From: Macrostomum lignano
Taxonomy: Eukaryota
NCBI GenBank assembly: GCA_002269645.1
Contig: NIVC01001574.1
Span: forward strand, 62,001 to 126,000
DNA length: 64,000 nt
Direction of reading: 5' to 3'
The notes beneath the pieces were generated by a model. The model was given only the letters and a program-made list of their open reading frames with translations, did not search any database and was not told the origin of the DNA. The position numbers and the translations under genes were made by a program. Below, one piece after another: positions 35,225 through 47,100 of the stretch (position 1 is the first letter of the stretch; each line of letters begins with the position of its first letter).

Positions 35225-38107
35225 TCCCAATTTAAAATTGTCTAGATTTGTATTTGCTTTACACCTAGTATTAGTATTAAAGTTAGCTTATATATTTACA
35301 TACTTAGCATAGTATCCCACTTAGTTTTCTAGATTTGCTCCCATTCTATACCCCAGATCATATAGTAGACCCTTTTATGCCCAAAAATTTAGGTGTGCAT
35401 AGGTCTTGTATAGTTCCAATTGGCATGCATCATTTTTAAGAAAATAGTATCTGTGCACACTTGGTATGCACTTAAGAGAATCAAAGGGAAGAGTTATTGT
35501 AAATCTTTAGATGGATGATTTTTTGCTATAAAATAGTATTAGGCCCTACCAAAAAAGCATTAAAATCAACTACATTATTTACCAAAAAGGTTCCATTATG
35601 CAATAAAAAGGTCATTTATTGTTGCAACACTAGTATAGTTTTTAGAATAGGTGTGCACTTAATTTTTATGGCATGTGTTTTAAATTATTCAGTTTTGTTT
35701 GGGTATACACCCAGCATGATCTGGACTATGGCTCCCATTAAGAGTGTTAATTAAATGTTGTTATAAGGGTGATTCCATATAAGCGTGGTTGGAACAATTC
35801 TAGAAGAAATGAAATAGAACTCAAAGTCATACCATTATAGAAAGTCAGGTTTGACTTTAAAAGAACAATCAACATATAATACTTTATTATTTTGCAAATT
35901 ATAGGTGCAAATACATTTTTAATGCATTTAACAACATGATAAAAAAGTGCTGTGGTCGTAACAATAGAAAAATAGAAAAACAGGTTTTTAAAGTTTAACT
36001 AAAAATTTCTATGCACATAGTATATGCCAAACAATGAAACTTCTACAAAAAGATGTTAACATCTGTGGAACCTTTTTGAGTGCAATATTTTAATGATTGA
36101 AGAAATTGTCTAATGGAGAAGTTGCTTATCTAACTTTGTTTGTGTGCTAGTTGTAACTGTTGTGGTCGTAACATATTTTTTTTCTGTCAATGTATTAACT
36201 TTGAAGTACCAATATTATAAAAATATAATAGATTATATGGTGGCTAATGTTTTTATCTGATTATGCAAGTATTATAATTTTATCTATAGTTTGTTTCAAC
36301 CTTCCAAAGCTTTCCTTTTGTTTTTAAAAGGTACACAAAATTAATGATGTTTTCTGCTTAGAAAAATGTCCAAATTTTTACAAAAATGACTTTTTGCGAA
36401 TTGATAACATACTAATCTAACATTTTACCATTCAATTATTCTTAGATTGTATATATTACATATTTAAAACATTTCGCAAAAAAATTGGCTGATAAGGCAA
36501 TGGCAAGCAAAAATATGAGCCATAATGTTTTTTAAGAATTTAATATATATATTTTATCTTTGCTTTGGTATATATATTATATAGATTATGTAGATAGAAA
36601 GAATATCTTTAAAAAAATAGTAAAAATATCATAGAGAAACATAGGTCATATAAAGTTTAAATAGGCATAAGCAGTTTATCTCTTAGTTCTAATAATGAAT
36701 AGTTTTTTTACACATGATACATCATCTTAACTATATGATACTTGATTGGTCATTTCAAGATGTTTTATTTATTACAAATGTTATATTGATTGTTTTTAGT
36801 TCCATTTACTTAAGTTTTTAATGTTTATCATTTCAATTCAAGTTTTTAGATGCAAATTAGATATTTCTATAAAGTTATAAGATCATATAAAAAATTAAGA
36901 TATTTAGGATGCAAATAGATATCAATTGTTTAGAACTATAAGTGTAATAATACATTGTTTATATGCTAGAAGAATTTATAATATTTTAATTGAAATAGTT
37001 TTCTATAATTCTAAACAATTTGTATATTCATATCATATATATAATATATTTCCTGTTGCAAAAAAAACTAGACATGTTGTTCTTTTACCATGAAAATAAA
37101 AATTGCAATAATTTTGTACTGAAACAAATAAAAGCAAAAATATTAAGCAAGCCTAGTTAGTATGCTAACTATTGCAAGTGAGAACATTAATTTCAATTTA
37201 GAGTATTTTTAGTTTCCAATTTGGTGGCTGAAATAAAAATAGATTGATCATTTATAACTAAATGAAAAATTGTAGTTTAAGTAGTGATATTGACCTTTTT
37301 GGAACAAAAATGTATGTCAAGTTTTTGGAACATCCAGTATATAATACTTAACTGACCTGCCAAACCTATCTAGGTGACAAGGTAGCCAAGGTAGGTATAT
37401 TGTTAAACAAATCAACATGGTATCAATGATTAATAAGGTAAATAGAAAAAATATAAAGTAAGTACAAATAAAAAAGAAAAATATAAAAATGCTTTAAAGA
37501 AACACTAACACAAGTGATTAAAACCAAACAAATAAAAAGAAAACATTTAACTTGTATACAAGGCAAAGCAATGTTAGAAAAGGCTCTTTAGATATAAATA
37601 CAAGTACAAACATTCATATGTTCATTTTCTTGAAAACAACCATATTGTTATTGGCCATGTAAAATTCAGGTTATAAGTGTATAGATAAGTTAAAAAAACA
37701 ACTTAGTTATAGAATTGACTCAGCTTAGCATTATTTTCACCTTGTCTATTGTCCCTGATAAGTAAAAATCGAAAATCAAATTCAAAAACAGACAAATCAA
37801 TCCCTTATCACTTTTGAGCATTGTTGAACAGCCTATATGCTTGTAGATAGTGCTGTATCAGTTTGGTTTAGTTGACATCCTTTATTGCCCCTTATTATAT
37901 CAATCTGTTTACTGTTGCAAACATGGCAGTTCACTAACCCTACATTGCTACAGTTTCTGCACACTTTTTTAATTTTCATGTCCACGCATCAAAGTGCCGA
38001 CCGCCGCCCTTAGCTGCGCGCGAAGACTTCGGCCAACCGCATTGATTTATTGAGGGCACTGAGTGCACAGATCAGACCCGAGCGTCGGCCATAGCCGAGT
38101 GCCAGCA

Positions 38108-41100
38108 ATGAAACCAAATGGCGGGCCTGGTGCGCCAGCAGACTGGAGCAGCCAGATCCGGGAGGTCACGGTGTCTGCCCAGATCACCGACAGCCACCTG
38201 GTGCTGGACCTGGCCGGCGGGGCGGACAGCGGCCGGTTCTGCCTGCTGAACAGCGTGGACGAGAAGCGGTGCGTGCTGTGGCACGGCAGCCTGCAGCCCA
38301 ACAGCGTGGTGCTGGAGATCCAGGGCCACAAAGTCAGCGGTTTCACCCTGCGCGATGTCCGCGAGCTGGTGGAGAAGCTCAGCAGGAACGGGTCGCCAAT
38401 CATGGTGAAGACTGTGCCAGCAGCCTGTCTGCCAACTGAGCTGCGCGATTTTCTTGGCGCCAAATTCCGGGTCGACAGCGCGGACTACGCCTTGCAGAAC
38501 ACTATTAGAGAGAATCTCTACCTGCGCACTGTGCCCGTGACCACCAGGAAGAAGAGGGAGCACGAGATTGATGGCGTTGACTATCAGTTCCTCACTGTTG
38601 AGCAGTTCCTGGAGATGGAGCGGTCCGGGCAGCTGCTGGAGAGCGGGCTGTACGAGGGGAACAGGTGGGTACCGTGCGGTGGGGATCAGTCATCGAGGAT
38701 TAATAGACAGGGTAATGTTAACTTATCAATCCATGCTCCGGGCTAATGTTAACCCATCTATCCATGCTCCGGGGCTAATGTTCACTCATCCATCCATACT
38801 CCGGGGGTAATGTTAACTTATCAATCCATGCTCCGGGGGTAATGTTCACCCATCTATCCATGCTCCGGGGCTAATGTTCACTGATCTATCCATACTCCGG
38901 GGGTAATGTTCACTTATCAATCCATGCTCCGAGGGTAATGTTCACCCATGTATCCATGCTCCGGGGCTAATGTTCACTCATCTATCCATGCTCCGGGGGT
39001 AATGTTCACCCATCTATCCATGCTCCGGGCTAATGTTAACCCATCTATCCATACTCCGGGGTATAATGTTCACCCATTCGCAGGTACGGCACGCCCAAGC
39101 CGTCCGCGGATGCCACCGGGCTGTTCCGCGGAGGCGATCTGGACGGAGACGTGGATGGCAGCGGCGGAGGCGGGCGGGGCACCGCGCCAGACGGTTCTAT
39201 CCGCAGGCTGAGGTCGCAGTCCAGCAGCGAGGCTGTTGAAGCGGCCTCGGTGCCAGGAGGAGCCGCAGGCGGTGGTGGAGACAGCGCGGAGGACGAGGTG
39301 CTGCCAGACGGGTGGGAGAAAGTTGTGGACCCAAAGTACGGAGTGTTCTACATCGAGTGAGTCATCCTTCCGTTACTATTTGTATTTTTTTCGCTGTTGC
39401 TGTGTGTGTTTTTATTGTTGTTGATTCCCAGGGCCCCAGGCTGAGGCCAGTGTTCAGAATAAGATCTATTTGGCTTATGCAAAGTGTCGCAGTATTTGAA
39501 CTTGATAAGATAAGTCAGAGTTTGGAGCTCTGGTCACGTGTGCGGCATGCTCGCTCGTCTAGATAAAATAAATATTCACGCGTTTGCATTTTATCTCACT
39601 AAACCTGAGGATGCGTATTAATATTTGTTATCAGTGCATTTTATGCTTATGCAATTATGTCTACATGGCTGAATCGGCTATGTGGTATCCGTATTTTAGT
39701 ATATCGGACTGGCATCTCAGCAACCCCTCCCGTGAGCCTTGGCATCTCAGCAACCCCTCCCATGAGCCTTGGCATCTCAGCAACCCCTCCCGTGAGCCTT
39801 GGCATCTCAGCAACCCCTCCCATGAGCCTTGGCATCTCAGCAACCCCTCCCATGAGCCTTGGCATCTCAGCAACCCCTCCCGTGAGCCTTGGCATCTCAG
39901 CAACCCCTCCCGTGGGCCTTGGCATCTCAGCAATTCCTCCCATGAGCCTTGGCATCTCAGCAATTCCTCCCATGAGCCTTGGCATCTCAGCAACCCCTCC
40001 CGTGAGCCTTGGCATCTCAGCAACCCCTCCCGTGGGCCTTGGCATCTCAGCAATTCCTCCCATGAGCCTTGGCATCTCAGCAATTCCTCCCATGAGCCTT
40101 GGCATCTCAGCAACCCCTCCCATGAGCCTTGGCATCTCAGCAATTCCTCCCATGAGCCTTGGCATCTCAGCAACCCCTCCCATGAGCCTTGGCATCTCAG
40201 CAACCCCTCCCGTGGGCCTTGGCATCTCAGCAATTCCTCCCATGAGCCTTGGCATCTCAACAATTCCTCCCATGAGCCTTGGCATCTCAGCAACCCCTCC
40301 CGTGGGCCTTGGCATCTCAGCAACCCCTCCCATGAGCCTTGGCATCTCAGCAATTCCTCCCGTGGGCCTTGGCATCTCAGCAATTCCTCCCATGAGCCTT
40401 GGCATCTCAGCAATTCCTCCCGTGGGCCTTGGCATCTCAGCAATTCCTCCCATGAGCCTTGGCATCTCAGCAATTCCTCCCATGAGCCTTGGCATCTCAG
40501 CAACCCCTCCCATGAGCCTTGGCATCTCAGCAACCCCTCACGTGGGCCTTGGCATCTCAGCAATTCCTCCCATGAGCCTTGGCATCTCAGCAACCCCTCC
40601 TGTGGGCCTTGGCATCTCAGCAACCCCTCCCGTGGGCCTTGGCATCTCAGCAACCCCTCCCATGAGCCTTGGCATCTCAGCAATTCCTCCCGTGGGCCTT
40701 GGCATCTCAGCAATTCCTCCCGTGGGCCTTGGCATCTCAGCAATTCCTCCCATGAGCCTTGGCATCTCAGCAATTCCTCCCATGAGCCTTGGCATCTCAG
40801 CAACCCCTCCTGTGGGCCTTGGCATCTCAGCAACCCCTCCCGTGGGCCTTGGCATCTCAGCAACCCCTCCCGTGGGCCTTGGCATCTCAGCAATTCCTCC
40901 TGTGGGCCTTGGCATCTCAGCAACCCCTCCCATGAGCCTTGGCATCTCAGCAATTCCTCCCGTGGGCCTTGGCATCTCAGCAATTCCTCCCATGAGCCTT
41001 GGCATCTCAGCAATTCCTCCCATGAGCCTTGGCATCTCAGCAACCCCTCCCATGAGCCTTGGCATCTCAGCAACCCCTCCCGTGGGCCTTGGCATCTCAG

Positions 41101-44100
41101 CAATTCCTCCCATGAGCCTTGGCATCTCAGCAACCCCTCCTGTGGGCCTTGGCATCTCAGCAACCCCTCCCGTGGGCCTTGGCATCTCAGCAACCCCTCC
41201 CATGAGCCTTGGCATCTCAGCAATTCCTCCCGTGGGCCTTGGCATCTCAGCAATTCCTCCCATGAGCCTTGGCATCTCAGCAATTCCTCCCGTGGGCCTT
41301 GGCATCTCAGCAATTCCTCCCATGAGCCTTGGCATCTCAGCAATTCCTCCCATGAGCCTTGGCATCTCAGCAACCCCTCCTGTGGGCCTTGGCATCTCAG
41401 CAACCCCTCCCGTGGGCCTTGGCATCTCAGCAACCCCTCCCGTGGGCCTTGGCATCTCAGCAATTCCTCCTGTGGGCCTTGGCATCTCAGCAACCCCTCC
41501 CATGAGCCTTGGCATCTCAGCAATTCCTCCCGTGGGCCTTGGCATCTCAGCAATTCCTCCCATGAGCCTTGGCATCTCAGCAATTCCTCCCATGAGCCTT
41601 GGCATCTCAGCAACCCCTCCTGTGGGCCTTGGCATCTCAGCAACCCCTCCCGTGGGCCTTGGCATCTCAGCAATTCCTCCTGTGGGCATTGGCATCTCAG
41701 CAACCCCTCCTGTGGGCATTGGCATCTCAGCAACCCCTCCTGTGGGCATTGGCATCTCAGCAACCCCTCCTGTGGGCATTGGCATCTCAGCAACCCCTCC
41801 TGTGGGCATTGGCATCTCAGCAACCCCTCCTGTGGGCATTGGCATCTCAGCAACCCCTCCCGTGGGCATTGGCATCTCAGCAATTCCTCCTGTGGGCATT
41901 GGCATCTCAGCAACCCCTCCTGTGGGCATTGGCATCTCAGCAACCCCTCCTGTGGGCATTGGCATCTCAGCAACCCCTCCTGTGGGCATTGGCATCTCAG
42001 CAACCCCTCCCGTGGGCATTGGCATCTCAGCAATTCCTCCTGTGGGCATTGGCATCTCAGCAATTCCTCCCATGAGCCTTGGCATCTCAGCAATTCCTCC
42101 CATGAGCCTTGGCATCTCAGCAACCCCTCCCGTGAGCCTTGGCATCTCAGCAACCCCTCCCGTGGGCCTTGGCATCTCAGCAATTCCTCCCATGAGCCTT
42201 GGCATCTCAGCAATTCCTCCCATGAGCCTTGGCATCTCAGCAACCCCTCCCATGAGCCTCGGCATCTCAGCAATTCCTCCCATGAGCCTTGGCATCTCAG
42301 CAACCCCTCCCATGAGCCTTGGCATCTCAGCAACCCCTCCCGTGGGCCTTGGCATCTCAGCAATTCCTCCCATGAGCCTTGGCATCTCAACAATTCCTCC
42401 CATGAGCCTTGGCATCTCAGCAACCCTCCCGTGGGCCTTGGCATCTCAGCAACCCCTCCCATGAGCCTTGGCATCTCAGCAATTCCTCCCGTGGGCCTTG
42501 GCATCTCAGCAATTCCTCCCATGAGCCTTGGCATCTCAGCAATTCCTCCCGTGGGCCTTGGCATCTCAGCAATTCCTCCCATGAGCCTTGGCATCTCAGC
42601 AATTCCTCCCATGAGCCTTGGCATCTCAGCAACCCCTCCCATGAGCCTTGGCATCTCAGCAACCCCTCCCGTGGGCCTTGGCATCTCAGCAATTCCTCCC
42701 ATGAGCCTTGGCATCTCAGCAACCCCTCCTGTGGGCCTTGGCATCTCAGCAACCCCTCCCGTGGGCCTTGGCATCTCAGCAACCCCTCCCATGAGCCTTG
42801 GCATCTCAGCAATTCCTCCCGTGGGCCTTGGCATCTCAGCAATTCCTCCCATGAGCCTTGGCATCTCAGCAATTCCTCCCGTGGGCCTTGGCATCTCAGC
42901 AATTCCTCCCATGAGCCTTGGCATCTCAGCAATTCCTCCCATGAGCCTTGGCATCTCAGCAACCCCTCCCATGAGCCTTGGCATCTCAGCAACCCCTCCC
43001 GTGGGCCTTGGCATCTCAGCAATTCCTCCCATGAGCCTTGGCATCTCAGCAACCCCTCCTGTGGGCCTTGGCATCTCAGCAACCCCTCCCGTGGGCCTTG
43101 GCATCTCAGCAACCCCTCCCATGAGCCTTGGCATCTCAGCAATTCCTCCCGTGGGCCTTGGCATCTCAGCAATTCCTCCCATGAGCCTTGGCATCTCAGC
43201 AATTCCTCCCGTGGGCCTTGGCATCTCAGCAATTCCTCCCATGAGCCTTGGCATCTCAGCAATTCCTCCCATGAGCCTTGGCATCTCAGCAACCCCTCCT
43301 GTGGGCCTTGGCATCTCAGCAACCCCTCCCGTGGGCCTTGGCATCTCAGCAACCCCTCCCGTGGGCCTTGGCATCTCAGCAATTCCTCCTGTGGGCCTTG
43401 GCATCTCAGCAACCCCTCCCATGAGCCTTGGCATCTCAGCAATTCCTCCCGTGGGCCTTGGCATCTCAGCAATTCCTCCCATGAGCCTTGGCATCTCAGC
43501 AATTCCTCCCATGAGCCTTGGCATCTCAGCAACCCCTCCTGTGGGCCTTGGCATCTCAGCAACCCCTCCCGTGGGCCTTGGCATCTCAGCAATTCCTCCT
43601 GTGGGCATTGGCATCTCAGCAACCCCTCCTGTGGGCATTGGCATCTCAGCAACCCCTCCTGTGGGCATTGGCATCTCAGCAACCCCTCCTGTGGGCATTG
43701 GCATCTCAGCAACCCCTCCTGTGGGCATTGGCATCTCAGCAACCCCTCCTGTGGGCATTGGCATCTCAGCAACCCCTCCCGTGGGCATTGGCATCTCAGC
43801 AATTCCTCCTGTGGGCATTGGCATCTCAGCAACCCTCCTGTGGGCATTGGCATCTCAGCAACCCCTCCTGTGGGCATTGGCATCTCAGCAACCCCTCCTG
43901 TGGGCATTGGCATCTCAGCAACCCCTCCCGTGGGCATTGGCATCTCAGCAATTCCTCCTGTGGGCATTGGCATCTCAGCAATTCTGTGCCAGGGGCAGCA
44001 AGATGAGCAGCTGAGCTGCTGGATTTCGACTGAATAAGAGAACACGAGTCCTAGGTTCGAGTCCCGGACATTGTGCACGCTTTTTATTGAAAGCTTCTAG

Positions 44101-47100
44101 TAATTGTTGATTGTTGCCAGTAGCAACACGCTGTCATGAACTGCCTGACCTCCGCAGTGCCTCGCCAGACCAGTCAAATTATTCGCTAAGAAATTCTTGG
44201 TAAGCTGGGCTGGCTTTTCAGAGGCCACAGGAGGAGAAATTATTTGTATTATTGCAGCTGCGATTGAGTAGGTTTTAAACTAACCATATTATTACTGTTT
44301 TTATTGAAAACTATTTTGTTGAAATATTAATTTTAGTTGCAGCATATCTGCCACTCGCTTTGGGAAAATATAGAGCACAAAAATCTAAGCGCTTCGGTTT
44401 TTATGTACTTTTAATTTTGCCGATATGTTGAGAAAATACGCTTTTTAAAGCTAGGTTTTAAATGTCTGTCTCGCAGTGACTCAATAAACATGAATTCAAG
44501 AATGACAAGGACGGCTTAAGCAGATGGTTGGGAAACGTCGTTTCTTAGAAAGCATTTTAAAGGCTGAATGTTGCGAAAGATTTTATTGGAGCTGACTTAA
44601 TGCTCTTCTTGTTGTAAAAATCCTATCTTATTGCTCTGTTTGATATTTTGAATCTCCATTGCGCCATTGTGAATATAAATTTTTACATGTACTGTTTACA
44701 TAGAAATGATATTTAAATTTGATAGCCCCAAAAAGAATTTTATATTTGCATGCAAAGCCAGCCGTCCAGAATGTTTTATATAGGAAACGAAATCGCCAGT
44801 CCCTCTGCTTAAATCGGCCTTGCGTGCATTTGCTACAAGGCGGTGCAGTATACAAATGCTTTCTTACCGATGTACCACTGCGCACACACTGGGGCGAATT
44901 CGCACCTGTATTTATAAGCCTGTGCGCTCCGCCCGGGGCCAACGACTGTCTGCGTGAACAAGTCAGCTTGCTAATACATATTCATTGAGTTTTTATGCCA
45001 ACTTAGGCGACTCTGGGGCCATCGGTTTGGAATTGATTACGCACTGCTATTTTACACACTTTTTTTTAGCGTCTAGTTTGTACTTTATTGCCTAACTTCG
45101 GCTTTCACTTCCTGACTGCAGCCACATCAACAAGAAGACTCAGTACGAGAGGCCCAGCGTGGCAACTCCTGCTGCTCAGGTCCTGCCGCAGTCCCGGTCC
45201 TTCACTAACGGCCTGGCGCAGCACGCTGTGGCCGCCAGTCAGAGACCGGCTGGGACCGCCTCTGCCACTGGTGAGGGCCATTTTGGGGTGTACCAGTGCT
45301 ATGATTGAGTGTACTAGTGCCATGACTGGGTGTACTAGTGCCATGACTGGGTGTACTAGTGCCATGACTGGGTGTACTAGTGCCATGATTGAGTGTACTA
45401 GTGCCATGATTGGGTGTACTAGTGCCATGATTGAGTGTACTAGTGCCATGATTGAGTGTACTAGTGCCATGATTGAGTGTACTAGTGCCATGATTGAGTG
45501 TACTAGTGCCATGATTGGGTGTACTAGTGCCATGATTGAGTGTACTAGTGCCATGATTGAGTGTACTAGTGCCATGATTGAGTGTACTAGTGCCATGATT
45601 GAGTGTACTAGTGCCATGATTGAGTGTACTAGTGCCATGATTGAGTGTACTAGTGCCATGATTGAGTGTACTAGTGCCATGATTGAGTGTACTAGTGCCA
45701 TGATTGAGTGTACTAGTGCCATGATTGAGTGTACTAGTGCCATGATTGGGTGTACTAGTGCCATGATTGGGTGTACTAGTGCCATGATTGAGTGTACTAG
45801 TGCCATGATTGAGTGTACTAGTGCCATGATTGGGTGTACTAGTGCCATGATTGGGTGTACTAGTGCCATGACTGGGTGTACTAGTGCCATGACTTGGTGT
45901 ACTAGTGCCATGATTGAGTGTACTAGTGCCATGATTGAGTGTACTAGTGCCATGATTGAGTGTACTAGTGCCATGATTGGGTGTACTAGTGCCATGATTG
46001 GGTGTACTAGTGCCATGATTGGGTGTACTAGTGCCATAATTGGGTGTACTAGTGCCATGACTGAGTGTACTAGTGCCATGATTGGGTGTACTAGTGCCAT
46101 GATTGGGTGTACTAGTGCCATGATTGGGTGTACTAGTGCCATTACTGGGTGTACTAGTGCCATGATTGAGTGTACTAGTGCCATGACTGGGTGTACTAGT
46201 GCCATGACTGGGTGTACTAGTGCCATGATTGAGTGTACTAGTGCCATGATTGAGTGTACTAGTGCCATGATTGAGTGTACTAGTGCCATGATTGAGTGTA
46301 CTAGTGCCATGACTGGGTGTACTAGTGCCATGACTTGGTGTACTAGTGCCATGACTGGGTGTACTAGTGCCATGATTGGGTGTACTAGTGCCATGATTGG
46401 GTGTACTAGTGCCATGATTGGGTGTACTAGTGCCATGATTGGGTGTACTAGTGCCATGATTGAGTGTACTAGTGCCATGATTGAGTGTACTAGTGCCATG
46501 ACTGGGTGTACTAGTGCCATGATTGGGTGTACTAGTGCCATGATTGGGTGTACTAGTGCCATGACTGGGTGTACTAGTGCCATGACTGAGTGTACTAGTG
46601 CCATGATTGAGTGTACTAGTGCCATGACTGGGTGTACTAGTGCCATGATTGAGTGTACTAGTGCCATGATTGAGTGTACTAGTGCCATGATTGAGTGTAC
46701 TAGTGCCATGATTGGGTGTACTAGTGCCATGATTGGGTGTACTAGTGCCATGATTGGGTGTACTAGTGCCATGATTGGGTGTACTAGTGCCATGACTGAG
46801 TGTACTAGTGCCATGATTGAGTGTACTAGTGCCATGACTGAGTGTACTAGTGCCATGACTGAGTGTACTAGTGCCATGATTGGGTGTACTAGTGCCATGA
46901 TTGAGTGTACTAGTGCCATGATTGGGTGTACTAGTGCCATGATTGGGTGTACTAGTGCCATGATTGGGTGTACTAGTGCCATTACTGGGTGTACTAGTGC
47001 CATGATTGAGTGTACTAGTGCCATGACTGGGTGTACTAGTGCCATGACTGGGTGTACTAGTGCCATGATTGAGTGTACTAGTGCCATGATTGAGTGTACT

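Noticed and set aside
35770-37345. Tc1/mariner-like element in the very AT-rich tract
   Set aside because: Candidate ends (TAAGGGTGATTCC and GGAACATCCAGTA) are not convincing inverted repeats, and there is no transposase remnant.
39584-44078. Giant ORFs (1476, 1387, 935, 625, 553, 542 aa)
   Set aside because: Read-through of a stop-free 30-bp minisatellite inside MAGI intron 2. They are open on both strands in several frames and have non-ATG or fortuitous starts.
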